DNA from: an uncultured Candidatus Binatia bacterium
Lineage (GTDB): Bacteria > Desulfobacterota > Binatia > DP-6
Direction of reading: 5' to 3'
Length of the DNA stretch: 64,000 nucleotides
NCBI GenBank assembly: GCA_964618895.1
Contig: CAZUDO010000058.1
Coordinates: 46,082-110,081 of the forward strand
Below are positions 10,183 through 18,893 of the stretch, one piece after another. Positions within the stretch are counted from its first letter, which is position 1, and the number at the start of each line of letters is the position of its first letter. The notes beneath the pieces are model-generated. The model did not search any database and was not told the DNA's origin. It saw only the letters and a list, made by a program, of their open reading frames with translations. Made by a program: the position numbers and the translations under genes.

Positions 10183-10539
10183 TCAGCTCCACTCGAGCGC
10201 GCCTTTGCGCCACACGTACACCAGCCCGAGCGCCAGCACGAAGACGAAGATGGCCATCTCGACGAGGCCGAACATCCCCAGCGGCCGGAACATCACCGCC
10301 CACGGATAGAGAAACACGACCTCGACGTCGAACACGATGAACAAAATCGCGGTGAGGTAGAACTTGACCGAGAAGCGCCCCCACGCGGGTCCACTGGAGG
10401 GGTTGCCGCACTCGAACGGCTCCGCCTTGACGGCCGACGGCCGGCGCGGCCGCAAGAGCACGCCCGCGCCCATGAACAGCGCCGGGACGATCGCGGCAAT
10501 CGCGAACGACACGAGGATGGCGATGTACGCGGGTTCCAT
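10183..10539 (-). CDS. nuoA: NADH-quinone oxidoreductase subunit A
   Basis: 118 aa (…FECGNPSSGPAWGRFSVKFYLTAILFIVFDVEVVFLYPWA…). Only 28 nt separate it from nuoC, so no nuoB lies between them. Confidence 0.9.
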   Translation of the reverse strand: MEPAYIAILVSFAIAAIVPALFMGAGVLLRPRRPSAVKAEPFECGNPSSGPAWGRFSVKFYLTAILFIVFDVEVVFLYPWAVMFRPLGMFGLVEMAIFVFVLALGLVYVWRKGALEWS

Positions 10540-10668
10540 GCGGAGGCGCGGATGAAGCCCGCTTGGTATTGTGAACTCTCTGACGTGTCAAGGCGATCGA
10601 CGCCACACGCGCGTGCGCCGCGCGCTTTTGACTCGCCCGCAGCGCTCTGCTACCCGGAGCGCTCGTCG

Positions 10669-11748
10669 ATGCCGGCCCCGATTCCGCACGAGGCCCTCGC
10701 GCGCGCCGTGCGGGCGGCTTTCGGCGGCGACACCCGCGTGGTCTCGGTCGTGGCGCTGGCGGGCGATGCGTCCAGTCGACGCTACGTTCGCCTGACGCTC
10801 GCCGGACCGGGCATACCCCCGACCGTCGTCGGCATGGTGCTCGGCGCCGAGCGCGGCCCGCTCGGGTCGGACGAGATCGGCGGGGGCACCGCGGGGGACG
10901 AGATCCCCTTCGTCAACGTCGGCCGCTACCTGGCGCGCGTCGGCCTGCCCGTGCCGGCGGTGGTCCACGACGCCGCGCGGGCCGACGGTCTCCTGCTGGT
11001 GGAAGACATCGGCGACACCACGCTGTGGACCGCGGCCAGCGGGACACCGGCGGACGCCCCCGCGCTGTTCGAGGCGGCGGTCGACCTGCTGGTCGCCTTC
11101 CAGGCAGCCGGGGCGCGCCACCCCGAGGCGACGTGCGCCGCGTTCCGGCGGCGGTTCGACGCCCGGCTGGCGCGCTGGGAGCTCGAACACTTCGTCGAGC
11201 ACGGCATCGAGACCCGGTACGGCCGGGCCCTGCTCGGCCCCGAGCGCACCGCGCTGCTCGCTGCCCTGGCGCCGCTGGTCGCACCCTTCGAGACCACCGA
11301 GCCCGTCCTCGCCCATCGCGACTTCATGGCGTGGAACCTGCACGTGCAGGACGGCCGGCTGCGGTTGATCGACTTCCAGGACGCGCTGCTGGCTCCGGAC
11401 ACGTATGACCTGGCGGCGCTCCTGACCGATCGCACCACCACCACCCTGATCACCCCGGCGCTCGAGGGCCGGCTGCTTACCCGCTTCGTCGCGGCACGGG
11501 CCGCGGCGGGACTCCCGGTCCACGGCGACGCGGGCGATCGCTATCGTGCCTGCGCCCTCCATCGCGCACTCAAGGTCATCGGTCGCTTCTACTTTCTCGA
11601 GTGTGTCAAGGGGAAGCCGGGCTACCTCGCCTACCTGCCAGCGGTGTACGCCGTCGCGCGCCGGATGTTGACCGCCCTGCCCGATCTCGCCCCGGCGCGT
11701 CCGCTGCTCGTCCGTCATCTCCCCGAGCTGGGAGCCGACCCCGCGTGA
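10669..11748 (+). CDS. Aminoglycoside-phosphotransferase-fold kinase, AmgK-like (anomeric MurNAc/GlcNAc kinase candidate)
   Basis: 359 aa with an APH/choline-kinase fold (…LAHRDFMAWNLHV…LIDFQDA…). It is immediately followed by a MurU-like nucleotidyltransferase with a GTGA overlap, the arrangement seen in the AmgK-MurU recycling pathway. Confidence 0.6.
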   Translation: MPAPIPHEALARAVRAAFGGDTRVVSVVALAGDASSRRYVRLTLAGPGIPPTVVGMVLGAERGPLGSDEIGGGTAGDEIPFVNVGRYLARVGLPVPAVVHDAARADGLLLVEDIGDTTLWTAASGTPADAPALFEAAVDLLVAFQAAGARHPEATCAAFRRRFDARLARWELEHFVEHGIETRYGRALLGPERTALLAALAPLVAPFETTEPVLAHRDFMAWNLHVQDGRLRLIDFQDALLAPDTYDLAALLTDRTTTTLITPALEGRLLTRFVAARAAAGLPVHGDAGDRYRACALHRALKVIGRFYFLECVKGKPGYLAYLPAVYAVARRMLTALPDLAPARPLLVRHLPELGADPA

Positions 11749-12506
11749 TTCGCCGCGCCATGATCTTCGCGGCCGGTCGCGGCACACGTCTCGCTCCGCT
11801 CACCGACCGGACGCCGAAGCCCCTCCTGCCCGTCGCCGGGCGTCCGCTCCTCGAACACATCCTGGAATTCCTGATCGCGGGCGGGATCCGCGAGGTGGTG
11901 ATCAACCTCCATCATCTGGGAGCGCGCATCGAAGAGCATCTCGGGGACGGGGCGCGCTTCGGCGTCCGCATCCGGTACTCCTGGGAAGACCCGATTCTGG
12001 ACACCGGCGGCGGCCTCAAGCGTGCCGAGCCACTGCTCGCCGGCGAGCCGTTCGTGGTCGTGAACGGTGACAGCCTGCTCGAGATGGCGCTCGGCGACAT
12101 CGTCGCCCATCACCAGGCTCGCGGCGCGCTGGCGACGATCGCGGTCCGGCCCGATGCCGAGGCCGCCCGCTACGGGCTGGTCGAGCTCGACCCGACGGAT
12201 CGGGTCCGGCGCATCTCCGGCCTGCCGGCGGTGATGCCGCAGATGGCCCCCCTGCGCGGATGTATGTTCCCGGGGCTGCACGTCCTCGACCCAGACATCT
12301 TTTCTTGGATGGAGCCAAATCTGGCCTACGGGCTCATGAAAGTGACATACCCGCGCCTGCTCGAGGCGGGGCAGCTGGTGGCCGGCTTCGTGACCCATGC
12401 CCGGTGGGTCAATATCGACACACCGGACGCGCTGGCCAAGGCAGATTTGACCCTGCGCGCGGCGCCATTCCGCTACCCCCCAATCGCGCGGGGCGGCACG
12501 GTCTGA
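11745..12506 (+). CDS. Nucleotidyltransferase, MurU-like (MurNAc-1-phosphate uridylyltransferase candidate)
   Basis: NTP-transferase N-terminus (AMIFAAGRGTRLAPLTDRTPKPLLPVAGRPLLEH). The GTG start at 11745 overlaps the upstream stop. An alternative ATG lies at 11760. Confidence 0.6.
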   Translation: MIRRAMIFAAGRGTRLAPLTDRTPKPLLPVAGRPLLEHILEFLIAGGIREVVINLHHLGARIEEHLGDGARFGVRIRYSWEDPILDTGGGLKRAEPLLAGEPFVVVNGDSLLEMALGDIVAHHQARGALATIAVRPDAEAARYGLVELDPTDRVRRISGLPAVMPQMAPLRGCMFPGLHVLDPDIFSWMEPNLAYGLMKVTYPRLLEAGQLVAGFVTHARWVNIDTPDALAKADLTLRAAPFRYPPIARGGTV

Positions 12507-12667
12507 GCTCCCTGCACGACCCGGGGGTGTGGCTTCCTTGACTGCATCCTGGACCTCTAGTACGCGAGCCCCCAGATTGTTCGGGCGGATGGGGTCGACG
12601 GCGCGGCGGGGGAGTGGCGGGGATGGGCCCAACGGCACATGCTTTGCAGGGCAAGGGGTACGCAGGC

Positions 12668-14020
12668 ATGGGACTCACCATCGTCCATAAGAGTGACCTC
12701 GCGAACCGGAAGAAGAATCCCCGGGTCGCCCTCGTGTTGGCCGGAGGCGCGGTCACCGGCGGGGCCTACAAGCTCGGCGGCCTGAAGGCCCTCGACGACT
12801 TCCTGATCAACCGGAAGACCACCGATTTCGACGTCTACGTCGGCCTGTCGGCCGGCGCGTTCCTGGCGGCACCGCTGGCTGGCGGCGTCACCCCGCCCGA
12901 GATGTTGCGCTCCCTCGACGGCACCTCGGAGGACTTCACCTACCTCTCGCCGCTCGATTTCTATCAGCTGAACGTCCGCGAGTTCGTCCGCAAGCCGCTC
13001 GAGTTCGTGGCCGACCTGGTCACGTACTTTCCCAAATTGTTGCACGAGTTTCTCGTACGGACGCCGGAGCTGGTGCGCGCGCTCCAGGAACCTCTGGCCC
13101 GGGCGCGCCGGCAGCCGACCCTCGGCAACCTGATCGAGTGCGTCAAGCCGATCATCGACACCATCGGAGCCGCACCGGAGTTCCCCTTCCCGCTCGCGTA
13201 CCTCCCGTCGGGGCTGTGCGACAACGCGAGCCTCGAGCGCTATCTCCGCGTCAACATCGAGCGCCGCGGGATGAGCAACGACTTCCGCGTGCTCTATCGC
13301 CGACGCGGCGTCGAGCTGTACATCGTGGCCATGAACCTCGACACCGCCGAGCGCGCCGTGTTCGGCCACGACGAGGACACGACACTCACCATCTCCGAGG
13401 CCGTCCAGGCCTCGACCGCCCTGCCCGGCTTCTACAAGCCGGCGCGCATCAAGGGCGTCGACTACGTCGACGGCGGCGTGCGGCGCACGGCCAACATCGA
13501 CGTCGCCATCGAGCACGGCGCCGACCTGGTCATCTGCTACAACCCCTTTCGGCCGTTCTCGAACCGGGTGGTGCGGCGCTACGTTCCCGAGCGCAACGAG
13601 TATCAGCTCGAGGGCCGCCCGCTCGCGGATCAGGGCATGCTCACGGTCATCAACCAGTGTTTCCGGACCCTGCTCCACTCGCGTCTCCAGTTGGGCATCC
13701 GGCAGTACCAGGACGATCCCCACTTCCAGGGCGACATCATCCTTCTCGAGCCCGCCGAGACGGACCAGACCTTCTTCCGCATGCAGCCACTCAACCTGTG
13801 GGCGAGCCGCAGTGCCGGGGCCCACGGCTACCTGTCGGTCACGCAGTCGATCGATGCGCATTACGAGCTCATCCGCAACATCCTGCAGAGCTACGGCATC
13901 CTGATGACGCGCAAAGAGGTCCGCGAGGGCCTCGAGCGGCTCCTGCGTACCGAGCCCAGCGAAGCGCCCGACGACATGCTGTTGCGCGAGGTCCCCAAGC
14001 GCAACCTGCACGTCGCGTAG
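12668..14020 (+). CDS. Patatin-like phospholipase family protein
   Basis: Glycine-rich oxyanion motif (LAGGAVTGGAYKLG), GxSxG motif (GLSAGA) and a DGG catalytic Asp motif. The start is uncertain, with alternative ATGs at 12614 and 12623. Confidence 0.75.
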   Translation: MGLTIVHKSDLANRKKNPRVALVLAGGAVTGGAYKLGGLKALDDFLINRKTTDFDVYVGLSAGAFLAAPLAGGVTPPEMLRSLDGTSEDFTYLSPLDFYQLNVREFVRKPLEFVADLVTYFPKLLHEFLVRTPELVRALQEPLARARRQPTLGNLIECVKPIIDTIGAAPEFPFPLAYLPSGLCDNASLERYLRVNIERRGMSNDFRVLYRRRGVELYIVAMNLDTAERAVFGHDEDTTLTISEAVQASTALPGFYKPARIKGVDYVDGGVRRTANIDVAIEHGADLVICYNPFRPFSNRVVRRYVPERNEYQLEGRPLADQGMLTVINQCFRTLLHSRLQLGIRQYQDDPHFQGDIILLEPAETDQTFFRMQPLNLWASRSAGAHGYLSVTQSIDAHYELIRNILQSYGILMTRKEVREGLERLLRTEPSEAPDDMLLREVPKRNLHVA

Positions 14021-14027
14021 TGCGCCG

Positions 14028-14621
14028 CTACGCCACCGCCGCCGCGTCCTCTTCCGGGAGCCGCACGGGCGTGGTCGCCGCCGGGTAGCGGCCGGTGATC
14101 GGCGCGTAGAAGAGGCGGATCGCGTCCATGTCGGCGCGCACGTCGTCGGTCGGCAGCCGCACCGGGCCGATGCCGCCGACCCGCCGGGTGTAGTCCAGGA
14201 AGGCGCACACGATCGGCACGCCGGCGCCACGCGCGATGTGGTAGAAGCCCGAGCGCCAGTGCGCGACGCGACTGCGCGTGCCCGACGGCGGGATGACCAG
14301 GAACAGGCGCTCGACCGCCGCGAAGCGGGTCACTACCTGCTGGACGACGTTCTGGCGGGCGCTGCGATCGACGGCGATCCCACCGAGCCAGCGCATGAAC
14401 CCCCCGAACGGCCACCGAAAGAGCTCCCGCTTGCCGAGCCACGCCGGCCGCACACCGAGCACGTACGCTACCGCCAGCATGAACGGCAGATCCCAGTTCG
14501 AGGTGTGTGGGGCCGCGATGACCACCACCTTGCCGGCGGCGGGCAGCTGTCCCTCGACCCGCCAGCCGAAGACCCCGAGGTATGCGCGTCCCAGACGCCG
14601 CGCCAACCAGCCCGCCTGCAT
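14028..14621 (-). CDS. Lysophospholipid (1-acyl-sn-glycerol-3-phosphate) acyltransferase family protein
   Basis: 197 aa with an HxxxxD motif (HTSNWD) and a PSGTRS motif. The start was trimmed from the fused 519-aa ORF in the track. Confidence 0.7.
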   Translation of the reverse strand: MQAGWLARRLGRAYLGVFGWRVEGQLPAAGKVVVIAAPHTSNWDLPFMLAVAYVLGVRPAWLGKRELFRWPFGGFMRWLGGIAVDRSARQNVVQQVVTRFAAVERLFLVIPPSGTRSRVAHWRSGFYHIARGAGVPIVCAFLDYTRRVGGIGPVRLPTDDVRADMDAIRLFYAPITGRYPAATTPVRLPEEDAAAVA

Positions 14622-14665
14622 CGTCTGCCTCCGTGCCGCTCGCGCGGCCTCCGGCACGCGCCGCG

Positions 14666-15808
14666 TCAGACGCGTTCGATGATGGTCGCTATGCCCATGC
14701 CGTAGCCGATGCACATCGTGCTCAGCCCGACCGCCTGGTCCCGCCGCTCGAGCTCGTCGAGCAGTGTGCCGATCAGCATCGCGCCGGTCGCACCGAGTGG
14801 GTGCCCGAGAGCGATCGCGCCTCCGTTGACGTTCACCTTGTCGTGCGGAATGCCGAACTCCTGCATCGTGATCATCGGCACGGGCGCGAACGCCTCGTTG
14901 ATCTCGACCAGGTCGATGTCGGCGATGGTCATGCCGGTGCGCCGCAGGATCTTCTGCGTGGCGGGGATGGGCCCCGTCAGCATGATGATCGGCTCGGAGC
15001 CGACGACGACCGTATCGACGATCCGTGCGCGCGGCTTGAGCCCGTATTCCTTCACCCCGCGCTTCGAAGCGATGAGCACGCCCCCGGCCCCGTCGACGAT
15101 GCCGCTCGAGTTGCCGGCGTGGATGCGACCGTCCGGCTTGAACGAGGGCTTGAGGGCCATGAGCCCCTCGAGCGTGGTCTGCGGGCGCGGATGCTCGTCG
15201 GTGTCGATGCGCTTGCGGCTCCCGTCCTGCTGCGGGGCATCGGCGACCGGGACCAGGCTCTTGGCGAAACGGTGCTCCTGCATCGCCTGCCAGGCGCGGC
15301 GCTGGCTTTCGAGCGCGTACTCGTCGATCTGCTGGCGACCGTAGTTCCAGCGTTCGGCGATCATCTCGGCCGACAGCCCCTGGGGGACGAGCGCGTAGCG
15401 GTCGGTCATGCTCGACGGCAACGCGCCCATGTCGGCGCCCATCGGGCAGCGGCTCATGCTCTCGACGCCGCCAGCGTAGACGAGGTCGTACGCCCCCGCG
15501 GCCGCTCCCTGGGCGGCCAGGTTGACGGCCGTCTGCCCCGAGCCGCAGAAGCGGTTCAGGCTGACGCCGGGGATCTCGATCGGCCACCCGGCGGCGAGCA
15601 CGGCGGCGCGCGCGACGCAGGCCCCCTGCTCGCCCGTCTCCGTGACACAGCCGATGATCACGTCGTCAATGCGGCTGGCGTCGACCCCCGTCCGGGCGAC
15701 GACGCCGTGCATCGGAACCGTGCAGAGGTCGATGGGGTGGACGCCGGCCAGGCCCCCGTTGCGGCGACCACGCGGCGTGCGACAGGCATCGATGATGAAC
15801 GCATCCAT
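14666..15808 (-). CDS. Acetyl-CoA C-acyltransferase (thiolase)
   Basis: 380 aa from MDAFIIDACRTPRGRR. Thiolase motifs NRFCGSGQ and GGAIALGHPLGATG are present. Confidence 0.85.
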   Translation of the reverse strand: MDAFIIDACRTPRGRRNGGLAGVHPIDLCTVPMHGVVARTGVDASRIDDVIIGCVTETGEQGACVARAAVLAAGWPIEIPGVSLNRFCGSGQTAVNLAAQGAAAGAYDLVYAGGVESMSRCPMGADMGALPSSMTDRYALVPQGLSAEMIAERWNYGRQQIDEYALESQRRAWQAMQEHRFAKSLVPVADAPQQDGSRKRIDTDEHPRPQTTLEGLMALKPSFKPDGRIHAGNSSGIVDGAGGVLIASKRGVKEYGLKPRARIVDTVVVGSEPIIMLTGPIPATQKILRRTGMTIADIDLVEINEAFAPVPMITMQEFGIPHDKVNVNGGAIALGHPLGATGAMLIGTLLDELERRDQAVGLSTMCIGYGMGIATIIERV

Positions 15809-16010
15809 TGCTGCGCCGCTAACAGCCGGCCTCGGCCCTGTCAAACCAGCGCGCGTAGACGCAGGGCGGCGTAGTTGCGTCCTGGGACGATCTGCCCGAG
15901 TACCGGAGCCGATCACGAGCACGTCATGCGCCTCGCAGGTGCCTTGCGCCGCACCACCCATGGGGTCCCGTGCGTTGCCCGGGGTATACCCCTGTGTTAG
16001 GTGTTGCCGG

Positions 16011-16718
16011 ATGATCGCGACGGCGCCACTCGATCTCGAGGCCGTCAACCGGCAGCTCGAGCAGGCCACGCCCGAGGACATCCTGCGCTGGACCTGGAAG
16101 CGCTTCCAGCCCGACGTCCTCCTCACCTGCTCGTTTCAGCACGACGGTGTCGCCCTCGCGCACATGCTGCGCTCGATCGCGCCCGACGTGCCGGTCGTGT
16201 TCATCAATACCGGCTTCCACTTCCCGGAGACCCTCGCGTACCGCGACGAGATCACGCAGCGGTTCGGCCTCAAGCTGGTCGAGCTGCACCCGATCATGCC
16301 CCGCGAGGAGTTCGCCACGCACTACGGGCTCGATCTCTACGCGCGCGATCCCGACCGGTGCTGCCACATCAACAAGGTCGAGCCCCTGCGGCGATTCCTT
16401 CCCGGCATGCGTGCCTGGATCAACGGCCGGCGTCGGGATCAGGCCACCACCCGCGGCGCGATCCGCGTCGTCGAGGCCTACCAGGACGGCCTCTGCAAGG
16501 TGAACCCGATCGCCGCGTGGTCCTCGCGCGACACGTTCTACTACCTCGAGCGCCACGGCATCCCGCATCATCCGTTGTTCGAGAAGGGCTACACCAGCAT
16601 CGGCTGCGCGCCCTGCACCCGCCCCGTCGTTGGCGGCGAAGGCGAACGCGCCGGCCGGTGGGCGGGGCAGGAAAAAACGGAGTGCGGGTTGCATACGTTC
16701 CTCGACCCGAAACCGTAG
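16011..16718 (+). CDS. cysH: Phosphoadenylyl-sulfate/adenylyl-sulfate reductase (thioredoxin), CysH family
   Basis: 235 aa PAPS-reductase fold. CC-x(n)-CxxC cysteines (CCHINKV…CAPC) suggest an Fe-S APS-reductase type. The C-terminal ECGLH motif is present. Confidence 0.8.
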   Translation: MIATAPLDLEAVNRQLEQATPEDILRWTWKRFQPDVLLTCSFQHDGVALAHMLRSIAPDVPVVFINTGFHFPETLAYRDEITQRFGLKLVELHPIMPREEFATHYGLDLYARDPDRCCHINKVEPLRRFLPGMRAWINGRRRDQATTRGAIRVVEAYQDGLCKVNPIAAWSSRDTFYYLERHGIPHHPLFEKGYTSIGCAPCTRPVVGGEGERAGRWAGQEKTECGLHTFLDPKP

Positions 16719-16753
16719 CCCGCGCTGCACCGGGTGCCGTGCCTGGGCGCTCG

Positions 16754-17536
16754 TCACTCGTCGTCGTCCCGGTCCGCCATCGCCTCGGCATACAGCTCGA
16801 GAAGCGGCTCGCCCAGGCGGCGGACCAGCCAGCGGTGCACCACGCCGACGGTCTGCTGCCACCCCGGCCCCGCATGCGGCCAGTGTCCGACGCCGGCCAG
16901 CACCTGCACGTCCGCACCCAGCGTCGCCGCGAGCGCTCGCGCCGGCTCGACCGGCAGGAACGTATCCCTCGCGCCGGCGACCACCAAGGTCGGCACCGCG
17001 GAGGAGACCGGCAGAGCGCTACCGCCCGACAGAAGGTCGCGGACAAACGCGGCCTCTTCCGCCTCGCCACCGTCGCGTACCTGCGCCAGCGCCGTCGGCG
17101 ACAGGTCGCCCCAGAACGCTCGCGCCACGTCCTCGGCCGGCGATGCCAGGGGCCGGCCGAGAGTCACGGTCAGCAGCGATCGCCAGCCGGTGACGATCGA
17201 ACGGATTCCTGGGCGAGCCGGGAGCACCGGCGCCATCAGCACGACCGCCAAGGGCCGCGCCGCACTGGCGGCCGCCAGCACCACCGCGGCTCCGGCGTCA
17301 TGGCCGACCAGGACCGGACGGGTCGCCAGACCGGCGGCATACTCGGCCACTCCGGCGGCTCGGGCCGCGATGCCGCCGATCCCCCCCAGTGTAAGCGCAT
17401 GACACTCCCAGCCACGATGCGCCAGGTAGCTCCCGAACCCGCGCCAGCCGCGGCATCCGGCCCACAGCCCCGGGACGAGGAGCACCGTGGCCGCGTAACG
17501 GCCACTCTCGGCCGGCACTACTTCGGCGGTGACCAT
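16754..17536 (-). CDS. Alpha/beta hydrolase fold protein
   Basis: 260 aa with an a/b-hydrolase core (LLVPGLWAG…GHDAGAAV…GHWPHAG). Confidence 0.6.
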   Translation of the reverse strand: MVTAEVVPAESGRYAATVLLVPGLWAGCRGWRGFGSYLAHRGWECHALTLGGIGGIAARAAGVAEYAAGLATRPVLVGHDAGAAVVLAAASAARPLAVVLMAPVLPARPGIRSIVTGWRSLLTVTLGRPLASPAEDVARAFWGDLSPTALAQVRDGGEAEEAAFVRDLLSGGSALPVSSAVPTLVVAGARDTFLPVEPARALAATLGADVQVLAGVGHWPHAGPGWQQTVGVVHRWLVRRLGEPLLELYAEAMADRDDDE

Positions 17537-17560
17537 GTGTACTCGGCTCCAGTCAACGAA

Positions 17561-17596
17561 AAAGGCCCTTCGGTAGATGCCGAAGGGCCTTTCTCC
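17561..17596 (-). terminator. Intrinsic terminator hairpin downstream of the Lys-rich small gene
   Basis: The minus strand reads AAAGGCCCTTCGG-catcta-CCGAAGGGCCTTTTTCG. This is a 13-bp GC-rich stem followed by a U-tract. Confidence 0.6.
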
Positions 17597-17704
17597 GGAC
17601 CCGCTTTGGGCCCGCTCTCGCCTGAGAAACTCGCTACATTCTCGAGATTTTCGCTTTGTCTACGTGCCTAGCAGTTGAAGCTCGAACCGAACGTGATGCC
17701 GTCA

Positions 17705-17797
17705 CTACTTCTTCTTGGAGCCCTTCTTCTTTGCGGGGGCCTTCTTCTTCGCCTTGCTCTTCTTCTTCGCCTTCTTAGCCTTCTTCTTCGCAGCCAT
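17705..17797 (-). CDS. 30-aa Lys/Ala-rich basic peptide (MAAKKKAKKAKKKSKAKKKAPAKKKGSKKK), resembling histone-H1/HU-tail repeats
   Basis: ATG at 17797 is preceded by a perfect AGGAGG 5 nt upstream, and the stop is TAG. The gene is bracketed by a consensus-like promoter and an intrinsic terminator. The plus-strand ORF 17675..17893 is its shadow. Confidence 0.6.
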   Translation of the reverse strand: MAAKKKAKKAKKKSKAKKKAPAKKKGSKKK

Positions 17798-17884
17798 GTC
17801 TACCTCCTGTTAAGGGTTGAAACGCCTCTTTCCGTCCCAACTCTCAGGCGAGAATCCCCTCCACCCCTCCTCACAACGGTACCG

Positions 17885-17914
17885 AGTATATGAGCGCGTC
17901 CGCGATGAAGTCAA
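17885..17914 (-). promoter_or_regulatory. Sigma70-like promoter TTGACT-N18-TATACT driving the Lys-rich peptide gene
   Basis: On the minus strand TTGACT spans 17914-17909 and TATACT spans 17890-17885. An A/T tract (A10) lies further upstream at 17938-17947 and may act as an UP element. Confidence 0.5.
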
Positions 17915-18045
17915 GAGAAGATCAGCGTTTTGGAAATTTTTTTTTAAACTGACGGGCGCCGCCCACGCTCGTGAATCTAGTCGCGCAGAATATCGTTCCT
18001 GCGCTCCACCAGGATCGAGTAGCAGAGCGTTCTACGTCAGCTCGA

Positions 18046-18398
18046 TGTACTCGTCGATTGCCTCCCGCGAAAGATTCCGTTACCACTCGCCGTCGGTGCA
18101 GCGGCGTGGAGTGCAGGCGCTGGGCGGCTTGATGGTACTTGCGATCGCAGGCGTGACCATCTCGGCGCTCTTCGGCGAGCATGGAACGGCACACTTGCTG
18201 CGGTTGCGTGCGGAACGCCGGGCCCTCACCGACAACGCCTTCGCACTCATGCAACGCAACACCCAACTCCGCTCCGACATCGCCCACCTACGCGGCGACG
18301 ACCGCCACCTGGAAGGGTTCGCCCGCCGCCAGCTGGGGCTCGTGCGACCGAACGAGACCGTGTACCGCTTTCGACGGCACACGGACGGCGCGCGCTAG
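18046..18398 (+). CDS. ftsB: Cell division protein FtsB/DivIC (septum formation initiator)
   Basis: Single TM helix (LMVLAIAGVTISALF) followed by a coiled coil (LRLRAERRALTDNAFALMQRNTQLRSDIAHLR) and a C-terminal LGLVRPNETVYRF. The start is uncertain, with an alternative ATG at 18131. Confidence 0.55.
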
Positions 18399-18781
18399 GT
18401 TTCTTCCCCGCCCGACGCGAACTCCTCGTACTCGTCCGCATCCATCAGGTCTTCCAGCTCGGCCTCGTCTTCGATCTTGATCTCGACCAGCCATCCCTCG
18501 TGATAGGGGTCCTCGTTGACGATCGCCGGGTGGTCCTCGAGCTCCGTATTGATGGCCGTGATCGTCCCACTCAAGGGCGCGACCAGCTCGGAGACCGTAC
18601 GTACCGACTCGAGCTCACCGAAGGGCTCCCCCTTCTCCAGTTCGTCACCCACGTCGGGCAACTCCACCGCGATCACTTCCCCCAGCTCGGCCTGTCCATA
18701 GTCCGAGATGCCGACCCGGGCACGCGTCCCGTCGACTCGGAGCCAGAGATGATCTTCAGTGAACTTCAGAATGTCCGCCAT
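18395..18781 (-). CDS. gcvH: Glycine cleavage system H-like protein whose lipoyl-lysine is replaced by Arg
   Basis: 128 aa GcvH fold (…EKGEPFGELESVRTVSELVAPLSGTITAIN…DPYHEGWLVEIKI…). The canonical ESVKA lipoylation site reads ESVRT here, and the Arg is encoded by codon CGT. Confidence 0.7.
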   Translation of the reverse strand: MADILKFTEDHLWLRVDGTRARVGISDYGQAELGEVIAVELPDVGDELEKGEPFGELESVRTVSELVAPLSGTITAINTELEDHPAIVNEDPYHEGWLVEIKIEDEAELEDLMDADEYEEFASGGEET

Positions 18782-18893
18782 CGACAGGTCCCTCGCAGAC
18801 GGGAACGCGGGTGGTCTTCATTCGGGCCGGTAGGTTGCGGCCGTTATAGGACCCGTCCTCACCCTGTCAAGGGCAACACCGCGCCCGAGCGCC

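Noticed and set aside
14028-15587. 519-aa minus-strand ORF
   Set aside because: It is chimeric. Only the C-terminal 197 aa form the acyltransferase, starting at the ATG at 14621. The rest is Arg-rich antisense of the thiolase region.
17675-17893. Plus-strand ORF MKLEPNVMPSLLLLGALLLCGG…
   Set aside because: Leu-rich shadow of the minus-strand Lys-rich peptide gene (AAG/AAA codons read as CTT/TTT). The minus-strand gene has a promoter, a Shine-Dalgarno and a terminator.
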